From the NCBI GenBank assembly GCA_964035545.1, contig OZ037767.1:62001-126000 (forward strand): DNA of 64,000 bases. The letters are read 5' to 3'. Below are positions 1-12,800 of the stretch, one piece after another. Position 1 is the stretch's first letter. Each line of letters opens with the position of its first letter. A model generated the notes under the pieces. That model was given only the letters and a program-made list of their open reading frames with translations, searched no databases and was not told where the DNA came from. This DNA is from Bugula neritina (taxonomy: Eukaryota > Animalia > Bryozoa). Made by a program: the position numbers and the translations under genes.

Positions 1-510
1 ATTGTGGCTTTGCTAACACAATCAAAGTTGAGTTAAGCCCAATTAGTTTGTTTCCCAGTTTGTTAAGGCATAGCTTAGGCAACAGCTGTTATCATTTCTT
101 AATGAAGGACTGGTATCACGAGCCCGTCTTGCTGAGTAATTGTCTGTGGTTACATGGGCAGTGGTGTTGATTACTCGCACTTGTCTACTAACCCATCAAG
201 TAGACAGGGGGTTCACCTAGCTAAAGGCCAACTTCCAACTGCTTTTCCTTAGATATATTTTCTGAAAAACCCACCATGACGCTGGAATAGCCAAGGTTTA
301 GTTACTTGTGTCTAAAAAAGAGGAGTCTTTTTATTTTTATGATGGTGCAACTGTTTGTGATTTCCCCTTTCTATCCACCCCTGATAATTTGCTTAACCAG
401 CTGTGACCACAGAGCCACCACAGAGCTGATGCGTAGAGGAGACAAAATGGCTGCAGGACACACTAAGAGCCCATTGTTTGTTCCGTAGTCCTTTTAGTCT
501 CTGTTTATTA

Positions 511-1708
511 TACTCTATACTATATGATACTCTACTCTATACCTTATAATACTCTATACTATATAATACTCTATACTATATAATACTCCATACTGTATAA
601 TACTCTATACTGTATAATACTCTATACTGTATAATACTCTATACTATATAATACTCTATACTATATAATACTCTATACTATATAATACTCTATACTGTAT
701 AATACTCTATACTATATATACTATATACTTTATAATACTCTATACTATATAATACTCTATACTATATAATACTCTATACTGTATAATACTCTATACTGTA
801 TAATACTCTATACTGTATAATACTCTATACTATATAATACTCTATACTATATAATACTCTATACTATATAATACTCTATACTATATAATACTCCATACTG
901 TATAATACTCTATACTGTATAATACTCTATACTATATAATACTCTATACTATATAATACTCTATACTATATAATACTCTATACTATATAATACTCTATAC
1001 TGTATAATACTCTATACTGTATAATACTCTATACTATATAATACTCTATACTATATAATACTCTATACTATATAATACTCTATACTATATAATACTCTAT
1101 ACTGTATAATACTCTATACTGTATAATACTCTATACTGTATAATACTCTATACTGTATAATACTCTATACTGTATAATACTCTATACTGTATAATACTCT
1201 ATACTATATAATACTCTATACTATATAATACTCTATACCTTATAATACTCTATACCTTATAATACTCTATACTATATAATACTCTATACTATATAATACT
1301 CTATACTATATAATACTTTATACTGTATAATACTCTACACTATATAATACTCTATACTATATAATACTCTATACCTTATAATACTCTATACTATATAATA
1401 CTCTATACTGTATAATACTCTATACTATATAATACTCTATACTATATAATACTCTATACTATATAGTACTCTATACTATATAATACTCTATACTATATAA
1501 TACTCTATACTATATAATACTCTATACCATATAATACTCTATACTATATAATACTTTATACTATATAATACTCTATACCTTATAATACTCTATACCTTAT
1601 AATACTCTATACTATATAATACTCTATACTATATAATACTCTATACCTTATAATACTCTATACTATATAATACTCTATACCATATAATACTCTATACCTT
1701 ATAATACT
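511..1708. repeat. 17-nt minisatellite (CTCTATACTATATAATA)n
   Basis: About 70 tandem copies. Confidence 0.95.
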
Positions 1709-2064
1709 CGTCTCTATTATTCTTGTGGTTTCTTTGTTCTGGTAGTGTATAACTTTGTGGTAAGCTGAGGCCTCTCTTGCAAATTGTTATTGGCAATGAG
1801 GTAGACCACAGTTTCTATAGCCCTTGTTCCTCCCAACAATACAGTAGAGTATGCTGTCACATATACCTAACCCACCCCCCACTCTATGACTGTCTTATAA
1901 AACAACCCCTTAGCTCAGTACATTCAGTATTCAGGACTTTCCACATCAACAAATGTTTCCAAAGAATTTAATGTCCAGCCTGCTTTATAATTGCAGATTT
2001 AGCATAATGAATTAAATCCCATCTTCTCAGTTCTACACAGACCATAACATAAATTATTACTTAA

Positions 2065-2442
2065 AGGCCTGGCCTCACGCTGTGAAAATCACACGAAACT
2101 CATGTGACATTTTAGTGAGTTATCCTCTTGTTATGACCAGCCACACACTCGTCGGACGAAACACATAATAAATAGTCTGTGAATGAGTCTTGCACGAGAT
2201 AGAAACAACAGAAAATTGCCAAATAGAGAAGCATGGTGGAAATGAAATAATTACTGTTGCTAAAATTCTATTGACCAATCAAATGGTGCTTATCGTTGAT
2301 TGTGATTTTTCGTCCATCGTCATCGTTGTGTACACCCAACGAAGACGATTTCGTTTGAATTCCCTCAAATTTTCTCGTACGATTGTTTTTTCCTGTCAAA
2401 TAGACGATTTCGTGTGAAGCTCACGAGTGTGTGGCCAAGCTT
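2065..2442. mobile_element. PIF/Harbinger-like MITE
   Basis: Imperfect TIRs (AGGCCTGGCCTCAC...CACACGAAA versus TTTCGTGTG...GTGTGGCCAAGCTT) flanked by TAA/TTA. Confidence 0.55.
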
Positions 2443-2499
2443 TTACTCTTTCATCCCCACAAGTCACCTTTATTGTCCTTAATTCAGTCACCATATAAA

Positions 2500-3131
2500 C
2501 CAGATATAATATAGACCAGGCATAATATAGACCAGCTATAATATAGACCAGGTATAATATAGACCAGGTATAATATAGACCAGGTATAATATAGACCAGG
2601 TATAATATAGACCAGGTATAATATAGACCAGCTATAATATAGACCAGGTATAATATAGACCAGGTATAATATAGACCAGGTATAATATAGACCAGGTATA
2701 ATATAGACCAGGTATAATATAGACCAGGTATAATATAGACCAGGTATAATATAGACCAGGTATAATATAGACCAGGTATAATATAGACCAGGTATAATAT
2801 AGACCAGGTATAATATAGACCAGGTATAATGTAGACCAGGTATAATGTAGACCAGGTATAATATAGACCAGGTATAGTATAGACCAGGTATAATATAGAC
2901 CAGGTATAATATAGACCAGGTATAATATAGACCAGGTATAATATAGACCAGGTATAATATAGACCAGGTATAATATAGACCAGGTATAATATAGACCAGG
3001 TATAATATAGACCAGGTATAGTGTAGACCAGGTATAATGTGGACCAGGTATAATGTAGACCAGGTATAATGTAGACCAGGTATAATATAGACCAGGTATA
3101 ATATAGACCAGGTATAATATAGACCAGGTAT
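2500..3131. repeat. 16-nt minisatellite (ATAGACCAGGTATAAT)n
   Basis: About 39 copies; the unit contains CAG|GTA. Confidence 0.95.
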
Positions 3132-3213
3132 AGGTGCTGGGAGGGTATATGCTGTTTAACAAGTGAATGTGTCTGGAACTCACATTGTCATATTATGTTG
3201 ACAGGGAGAGGCA

Positions 3214-6200
3214 ATGGAAACTGCTATGAGAAATGTTTCCATCACTGACAGGACAACTCCTACCCTCAGTCCAATAATTAAGTCAGAACCATGTAGTCAA
3301 CATTTGTCTCACCATAGCTCACCTCAGCCAAACCTGCCCCACCATAGCTCACCTCAGCCAAACCTGTCCCACCATAGCTCGCCTCAGCCAAACCTGCCCC
3401 ACCATAGCTCGCCTCAGCCAAACCTGCCCCACCTTAGCTCACCTCTCCAGGATCAGCCGTTAGACTTTAGTACCAAAGTTAGAAATGCTCCGCCTGATGA
3501 CAGCAGCATCCGTAAAGTCAGCAATGACAGTGCCATAGATGTCTCTGAAGACAGCAACAGAAAGTCGAGTAACCCCGCCCTCCCTTCACAAGACTCCGCC
3601 CTCCCTTCACAAGACTCCGCCCTCCCTTCACAAGATTCCGCCCTCCCTCCACAAGACGCTATTTCTAGCAGATGTCTGCTTAGCCAGCCCAGGTCCTCTC
3701 TTCCAATGCCCAACATTCATAGTCTCTTGCCTCAGGCCTCCATTCCGCCAATCGGTATGTTCTATCCAGGTGCTCCTGTCTTCCCCAACTTCCTACCTCC
3801 TGGCTTCCCGCCTCCACCGATGTGGCCCAATCCGATGGCTGCCATGGTGCACCAACACGAAGCTGCTAGAAAACTCCTATCGCAGGCAACCAGTACTAAA
3901 AATGGTGGCAATGGGTCGCGACCTTCCTTCAATGCTAAACATCTGTTAGGGAATAAAGCCGAGGTGATGGCAGCATCTTCGATATCTCGACCTCTGCACC
4001 CATCGCTGCCACCTGTCTTTCCAGGACAACCTTTGCCGCCATCAAACATGCCAGATCCCAGTGTTTTAGCAGAGGCGTTGAAGTCGCATGAGGAGATGTT
4101 CACAGCATACAAACAGCAGGTGAACACTGTAAAACTGCTGCAGTTTACACTCTGTAGTACTGCTTCAGTTTGCACTCTGTAGTACTGCTGTAGTTTACAT
4201 TTACACTCTGTAGTACTGCTGTAGTTTACACTCTGTAGTACTGCTGTAGTTTGCACTCTGTAGTACTGCTGCAGTTTGCACTCTGTAGTACTGCTGCAGT
4301 TTGCACTCTGTAGTACTGCTGTAGTTTACACTCTGTAGTACTGCTGTAGTTTACACTCTGTAGTACTGCTCTAGTTTACACTCTGTAGTACTGCTGTAGT
4401 TTACACTCTGTAGTACTGCTGTAGTTTGCACTCTGTAGTACTGCTGCAGTTTGCACTCTGTAGTACTGCTGCAGTTTACACTCTGTAGTACTGATTATTG
4501 AATAATGACTATTAGTTGATGTGTTATGCTGATTAAATGTATTATATATTAAACATAATTTGGTTGAATGGGGAGATATTGGATTCAAATGTGATGCACA
4601 ATACAGTCTCACCACTCAAGTCAATTCTCAACTATGTCCAAAATTGAAGTTGCCAGATTCTAACAATAATGAAAAATTATCTTTGCAGCTCCTGCCTCTC
4701 ATACCCTAATCTGTAGCTAACAAGTCACCGTTCAGCACGTAGTGACTGGTGGTAGTTACTGTGCTGGTAGTTACTGTGCTGGTAGTTACTGTGCACGTAG
4801 TGACTGTGCTGGTAGTTACTGTGCTGGTAGTTACTGTAGTGGTAGTGACTGTGCTGGTAGTTACTGTGCTGGTAGTTACTGTAGTGGTAGTGACTGTGCT
4901 GGTAGTTACTGTGCTGGTAGTTACTGTGCACGTAGTGACTGTGCTGTTAGTTACTGTGCTGGTAGTTACTGTGCTGGTAGTTACTGTGCTGGTAGTGACT
5001 GTGCTGGTAGTGACTGTGCTGGTAGTGACTGTGCTGGTAGTCACCGTTCAGCACGTAGTGACTGTGCTGGTAGTGACTGTGCTGGTAGTTACTGATATAG
5101 TTGAGTATTGTTGAAGAGTGTCAGTACTTCAGGTTTTGAATCAAAAGGCTAGCGATGAAGCTAAAAGAGCACCTCGTCGTCAAGTAGCTGCAACAACTAC
5201 CAACGGAAACCACCTGTCAGTCTCACAAAATGGCACCAATTCAATCAGTGTTGCTGAGTCAGCGAGCCTCACCCAGATTGATGAAGACCAAGCGATGACT
5301 TCTCCCAAGGAAGTTCACACCACCACCATGCTCTCTAACCAGGAGGTGGATATGATAGACAATGGGCTGAATAATAGCCAGACTACAGCCATATTCCGTG
5401 AGTTGAACTGACTTTCAGCGAGAGAGTAAGTGACTACTGACTAGTGAGTCACAGTGAGAGAGTGACTAGTGAGTCACAGTGAGAGAGTGACTAGTGAGTC
5501 ACAGTGAGAGAGTGACTAGTGAGTCATAGTGAGTGAGTCATAGTGAGAGAGTGACTAGTGAGTCATAGTGAGAGAGTGACTAGTGAGTCACAGTAAGAGA
5601 GTGACTAGTGAGTCACAGTGAGAGAGTGAGGCCAGTGTATGTGTTGCTGCTCCTGTTGTAGCTGATGTATGTAAAGTCTCGGAGAGTAAAAGTGATCTGA
5701 TGGAAAGAGACTCAGGGAGTCTAATCAACAGGTCAAATGGACATGCAGCTGCTGGTAGTAGCGCCACAAGCTCAGCCACCGCTAGTACTGGCGTCTCTCT
5801 CCACTCATCTGATGAGAGTCTACAGACGAACGATGGAGCTAGGTCTCTCACACCAGCTCATTCTATCAACGGGGAGCTCAGTGATATAGCTAGTGCGTAT
5901 ATTGTGTTACTATACTGATAGTAGTGCTGGTATAATGTACCGGCTTTCCATGTACCGGTCTCAAGTTGTTGTAACATTTCCTTTCCATTACACAACAGAT
6001 ATGAGACCAAGAAGTATGACCCTTCCTACACAGACAACAGAAAATCTCCGTCTCTCCTCATACTCCCCCTCCCCCTCCGTCCTTTCAACTGGCAACAACA
6101 GCGGTCCTGGCACCCCCAACTCTAAGAGTGACCGCGGTTTCAGAAAGAGGGCTAGGACTTTGCCAGACGACCAAAAGGTAAAGAAAAGAGTAAGTTTGTT

Positions 6201-8150
6201 TCAAGTGATTTTCTCTCTACTACATCTACTCTCTCTACTACATCTACTCTCTACTACATCTACTCTCTCTACATCTACTCTCTCTACATCTACTCTCTCT
6301 ACTACATCTACTCTCTCTACTACATCTACTCTCTACTACATCTACTCTCTCTACATCTACTCTCTACTACATCTACTCTCTCTACTACATCTACTCTCTC
6401 TACTACATCTACTCTCTCTACTACATCTACTCTCTCTACTACATCTACTCTCTCTACTACATCTACTCTCTCTACATCTACTCTCTCTACTACATCTACT
6501 CTCTCTACTACATCTACTCTCTACTACATCTACTCTCTCTACATCTACTCTCTCTACTACATCTACTCTCTCTACTACATCTACTCTCTCTACTACATCT
6601 ACTCTCTCTACATCTACTCTCTACTACATCTACTCTCTCTACTACATCTACTCTCTCTACATCTACTCTATACTACATCTACTCTCTACTACATTTACTC
6701 TCTCTACATCTACTCTCTACTACATCTACTCTCTACTACATCTACTCTCTCCACTACATCTACTCTCTACTACATCTACTCTCTCTACATCTACTCTCTC
6801 TACTACATCTACTCTATACTACATCTACTCTCTCTACTACATCTACTCTCTCTACATCTACTCTCTCTACTACATCTACTCTCTCTACTACATCTACTCT
6901 CTACTACATCTACTCTCTACTACATCTACTCTCTCTACTACATCTACTCTCTACTACATCTACTCTCTCTACTACATCTACTCTCTCTACTACATCTACT
7001 CTATACTACATCTACTCTCTCTACTACATCTACTCTCTACTACATCTACTCTCTCTACTACATCTACTCTCTCTACTACATCTACTCTCTCTACTACATC
7101 TACTCTCTCTACTACATCTACTCTCTCTACTACATCTACTCTCTCTACTACATCTACTCTCTCTACATCTACTCTCTCTACTACATCTACTCTCTCTACT
7201 ACATCTACTCTCTCTACTACATCTACTCTCTCTACTACATCTACTCTCTCTACATCTACTCTCTCTACTACATCTACTCCCTGCCAGTATATCATGTATG
7301 CACACACAGGATGAAGCGTATTGGGAACGCAGAAGGAAGAATAATGAAGCGGCTAAAAGGTCCCGTGATTCACGTAGAGCTAAGGAAGACGAGATCGCCA
7401 TCCGAGCAGCTTTCCTCGAGCAGGAGAACATCAGACTGAGGCTAGAGTTGGCTTCCCTCAAAACTCAAACTGCTAAGTTAAGGTTAGATTCCGATTCCTT
7501 CTTTTGTATCTGTGACAGTGTGGGTGTGACAGTGTTGGTGTGACAGTGTGGGTGTGACAGTGTGGGTGTGACAGTGTTGGTGTGACAGTGTGGGTGTGAC
7601 AGTGTTGGTGTGACAGTGTGGGTGTGACAGTGTTGGTGTGACAGTGTATGTAGTGTAGACAATGTATGTAGTGTAGACAGTGTATGTAGTGTAGACAGTG
7701 TATGTAGTGTAGACAATGTATATAGTGTAGACAGTGTATGTAGTGTAGACAATGTATGTAGTGTAGACAGTGTATGTAGTGTAGACAGTGTATGTAGTGT
7801 AGACAATGTATGTAGTGTAGAGTGTAGACAATGTATATAGTGTAGACAGTGTAGACAATGTATATAGTGTAGACAGTGTAGAGTGTAGACAATGTATGTA
7901 GTGTAGACAGTGTATGTAGTGTAGACAGTGTATGTAGTGTAGACAGTGTAGAGTGTAGACAATGTATGTAGTGTAGACAGTGTATGTAGTGTAGACAGTG
8001 TATGTAGTGTAGACAGTGTAGAGTGTAGACAATGTATGTAGTGTCGAGAGAGAGAACAATCTACATGTTCCTACTATTTATTTTAGGAATGAGTTGATAG
8101 TGTTTCAAGGACCAGAAGATCACGCTGGCCCATCCACCGACAACCCTTGA
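3214..8150 (+). CDS. PAR-family bZIP transcription factor, giant/CES-2-like
   Basis: Predicted exons 3205/3214-4119, 5133-5397, 5662-5892, 5999-6177, 7310-7482, 8087-8150 (TGA), all GT-AG and phase-consistent. The bZIP reads [12 protein letters not shown]|[51 protein letters not shown]; the [10 protein letters not shown] motif is typical of giant-like proteins. A PLDFS CtBP-type motif and a Pro-rich region are N-terminal. The acceptor at 3204 allows an unlocated upstream exon. Confidence 0.85.
4135..5094. repeat. Two arrays in bZIP intron 1: 25-nt (4135-4493) and 15-nt (4741-5094)
   Basis: (CTCTGTAGTACTGCTGYAGTTTRCA)n and (GTGCTGGTAGTKACT)n. Confidence 0.9.
5437..5630. repeat. 25-nt array (GTGACTAGTGAGTCACAGTGAGAGA)n
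   Basis: About 8 copies in bZIP intron 2. Confidence 0.9.
6212..7278. repeat. G-free 15-18-nt array (CTACTACATCTACTCTCT)n
   Basis: Fills bZIP intron 4; source of the spurious ORF 5893-7314 tail. Confidence 0.95.
7511..8044. repeat. TGTGACAGTG- and AGTGTAGACAGTGTATGT-type arrays
   Basis: Two adjoining related arrays in bZIP intron 5. Confidence 0.9.
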
Positions 8151-8427
8151 TTGGTCAACCATGTATATAATAATCTTCACCATGTTTTGTTTTATAATTT
8201 CACACTGTATCCGCCATCTCATTGACTACTGTACATACTGAGGATATTAGTTCACTTCTGTACATGTAAATATTTATTTTACCATGTAACATTGTTTTAT
8301 AACTGTTCCCACAAGTTTTCATTTCAATTTTGGCCTATCAAAAGGACAAAATAATGTTAATTGCTTATAAGGTGACAATCAGCTAATGTCCACAACCACA
8401 TAATCAATCTCTCAACTGCTCAGCTTT

Positions 8428-8755
8428 ATGCCCCCTTTTCTCATGACATTAGGTATCTATATCCACTCAGTCTTATGTCCCCCTCTCCTAATAACATTAG
8501 GTATCTGTATCTACTCAGTCTTATGTCCCCCTCTCCTAATGATATTAGGTATCTATATCCACTCAGTCTTACGTCCCCCTCTCCTAATAATGTTAGGTAT
8601 CTGTATCTACTCAGTCCTACGTCCCCCTCTCCTAATAACATTAGGTATCTATATCCACTCAGTCTTATGTCCCCCTCTCCTAATGATATTAGGTATCTGT
8701 ATCCACTCAGTCTTACGCCCCTCTTCTAATGATATTATGTTTTATATCCACTCAA
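8428..8755. repeat. 48-nt array downstream of the bZIP stop
   Basis: About 6-7 copies of ATGTCCCCCTCTCCTAATAACATTAGGTATCT...CAGTCTT. Confidence 0.9.
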
Positions 8756-9808
8756 TTTTATGCAATGATTTTTTTTTAGTAATTTTTAGAATGCAGTTGT
8801 TCTATAACATATCAACTTTATATGGTTTTTTCATTTTATGAAATTTGTTATCAAACTACTTACAGTGTCTATAGCTATCAGTTGGTGCAATTACTTCATT
8901 TTTTAAAGCTTGTCATTTTCTATTGTGTATTCATTACTCAGTATATTATAATTATCTCTGTATACAATTTAAAGTGCTGCAATAAAGATTTTAGTCATGG
9001 GTGTTAATATCAACCTACCACAGTTACAGAATTTGGGTTATTTCATTGCATATCAGTTGCTACTAGAGCTACTATAGTATATTACTATAGTTACTATAGT
9101 ATCTTACTGTAGTTACTATAGTAATATACTATAGTAACTATAGTATATTACTATAGTAACTATAGTATCTTACTATAGTTACTATAGTATATAACTATAG
9201 TAACTATAATATATCACTATAGTTACTATAACATATACTACAGTTACTATAGAATATTGCTAGTGATTAAAACCTATTACTATGGAATGACAACTTTTAT
9301 GTGATAATTATAAAGTATCATTGACAGGGCAGTCGCCAGTAGAGTTGAGATAAAATTTCCTTCTATTTACGTAAATATAAACTTTACGAGGTTAAAACAT
9401 TATAATTAATATTCGCACAAAAAATAAAACTGAAAATACTGAATAACTATATTTTATATACAAGTACGGAGACAGTTGCATTGAGACATATAGAAGGCGT
9501 TGGGATTAACGTAAAAAGAGTGTAGAATCACATGCAGGAAGAAGTCCATTGGGGGTGGTTATGACTATAGCAGTTTACAGTGAAATATGTACAACATTAA
9601 TAAATAGCAAAACATCTAGTTATATTGTAAAACACTACAAAAATATTTATGAGGAGAAAAGAGGGTGCATAATGAGCCAATTGGGGGAGGGGGAAGTTAA
9701 ATGAGGCCATCAGGTAGGGGGAGGTGTTTATTTAGCTCGTATTGGGTGTATTAACATCATAAAGAGTAGGTTATGAGGCAAATTACTGCAAAGAGAAGGT
9801 GTGTGGTG

Positions 9809-12800
9809 TTACCACGGGACACTGTATTCGTTCTGTGACATTTTGACCACGCCAACCCCACCACCCAACCTTCTGTAGTTCATTCCATTCCAGAGTTTCC
9901 AGCAATCAGAGTCCAGTATTTCTATAGTTTTGAGGTAAGTAGTGCCGTCAAACCCACCAATAGCTATGAGCTGTCCATTAACAACACTCAGTCCCACCTA
10001 AAGTATGTGAGAGTATACAGACAGAGGAATATCACAAAACACCAGATCAACACATAACACCAACACACCACACCAACATATAACACTGACACACCACACC
10101 AACACACCACACCAACATATAACACTGACACACCACACCAACACACCACACCAACATATAACACTGACACACCACACCAACACACCACACCAACATATAA
10201 CACCACCACACCACACCAACACACCACACCGACTAACAAACTACTCACCCCACTCCTCCTTGAAGTCATGGCCACCACTGGCTGCCAGGTATTGATTGAG
10301 GGATTGTAACGCTCAGCACTGCTGAGTTCGGAGGAATCATCCCGCCCTCCGACAGCGTAGATCATGTTGTTGTAGACAGCCACTCCCAGGTGCTTCCTGT
10401 GAGTTCCCATTGGAGAGACTTTGGTCCACGAGTTCAGCCTGGGGTCATACCTTTCCACTGTGTTGAGTGGGGACTGTCCATCAGAGCCCCCAACTGCATA
10501 GAGGTAGCCCGCCAACACAGCCACTCCAACTCCCAGTCTACGACTATTCATAGGAGCGATCTTAGTCCAGCAGTTGAATTGTGGGTCGTATCTCTCCACG
10601 TAGTTGAGACAGCTCACTCCATCCTGCCCCCCGCAGGCATACAGATACCCGTCAAGGACCGCAACTCCAACACTGGTTCTACAGGAAGACGTCGGGGCCA
10701 CATCACAGCTCCATCTGTTCATTTGTGGGTCGTATCTAACAATAAAATACTTGTAATTTAGTCACATCAAAGTGTTACACGAGTTGACAGCCAGCAATGA
10801 GCAATGCTGATTATCTCGGCTACTGGACAAAGTGTGTCTACCTCTCAATGGAGTTGAGATAGCTCTGGCCGTCGTGACCTCCCACAGCGTATAGAAGGTC
10901 ATTCAAAACAGCAACCCCAACTCCGCACCGCCGCTTGTTCATTGAAGCCACCATTCTCCAGTCTTTGGTTATCGGGTCATATTTCTCTACGCTGTTGATT
11001 GCATCGCCTGAGCACCAGCCACCAACTGCAACATATCATATAATATAATATAATATCATATCATATAATAACATATATATTATACAGTTAGTAGAGAGTA
11101 TATAGTTAGTAGAGAGTATATAGTTAGTAGAGAGTATATAGTAGAGAGTATATAGTTAGTAGAGAGTATATAGTTAGTAGAGAGTATATAGTTAGCAGAG
11201 AGTATACAGTTAGTAGAGAGTATATAGTAGAGAGTATACAGGTATATAGTAGAGAGTATACAGTTAGTAGAGAGTATATAGTTAGTAGAGAGTATACAGT
11301 TAGTAGAGAGTAAACAGTTAGTAGAGAGTAAACAGTTAGTAGAGAGTATACAAGTATATAGTAGAGAGTATACAGGTATATAGTAGAGAGTATACAGTTA
11401 GTAGAGAGTATATAGTTAGCAGAGAGTAAACAGTTAGTAGAGAGTATATAGTTAGTAGAGAGTATATAGTTAGTAGAGAGTATATAGTTAGTAGAGAGTA
11501 TACAGTTAGTAGAGAGTATATAGTTAGCAGAGAGTAAACAGTTAGTAGAGAGTATATAGTTAGTAGAGAGTATATAGTTAGTAGAGAGTATATAGTTAGT
11601 AGAGAGTATACAGTTAGTAGAGAGTATATAGTTAGCAGAGAGTAAACAGTTAGTAGAGAGTATATAGTTAGTAGAGAGTATATAGTTAGTAGAGAGTATA
11701 TAGTTAGTAGAGAGTATATAGTTAGTAGAGAGTATATAGTTAGTAGAGAGTATATAGTTATTAGAGAGTAAACAGTTAGCAGAGAGTATATAGTTAGTAG
11801 AGAGTATACAGTTAGTAGAGAGTATATAGTAGAGAGTATACAGTTAGCAGAGAGTATATAGTTAGCAGAGAGTAAACAGTTAGTAGAGAGTAAACCTACC
11901 AGCAAACAAAACCTCTCCACATTTGATAGGTTTACGAGGCCGAGTACGAGGGCCCTGCATGGACGACCTGTCCTGAGGCAAGAGCAGATAATTCTTAGCC
12001 TCATCCACCAGATCTCTGCACGACTCATCAGACTTAATCAACAGGTCCGTGCCAACAGTTCCTACAAGGAACTTGGGCTGCATCTGTGGGAATCGGACAT
12101 GTTGGAGAACCTGGTGAATAAGTCACAGCCAATATAAGTATTACCAGCACACCTCTAACACTATACACACACCAGCACACCTCTAACACTATACACATAC
12201 CAGCACACCTCTAACACTATACACATACCAGCACACCTCTAACACTATACACATACCAGCACATATCTAACACTATACACATACCAGCACACCTCTAACA
12301 CTTTACACATACCAGCACACCTCTAACACTATACACATACCAGCACACCTCTAACACTATACACACACCAGCACACCTCTAACACTATACACATACCAGC
12401 ACACCCCTAACACTATACACATACCAGCACACCTCTAACACTATACACACACCAGCACACCTCTAACACTATACACATACCAGCACACCTCTAACACTAT
12501 ACACACACCAGCACACCTCTAACACTATACACACACCAGCACACCTCTAACACTATACACACACCAGCACACCTCTAACACTATACACATATCAGCACAC
12601 CTCTAACACTATACACATACCAGCACACCTCTAACACTATACACACACCAGCACACCTCTAACACTATACACACACCAGCACACCTCTAACACTATACAC
12701 ACACCAGCACACCTCTAACACTATACACATATCAGCACAGCTCTAACACTATACACATACCAGCACACCTCTAACACTACACACATACCAGCACACCTCT

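Noticed and set aside
306-488. Upstream ORF as first coding exon of the bZIP gene
   Set aside because: No convincing donor or recognisable protein similarity.
9367-9374. TTACGTAA PAR-bZIP site as autoregulatory element
   Set aside because: A single 8-mer in AT-rich DNA downstream of the gene is expected by chance.
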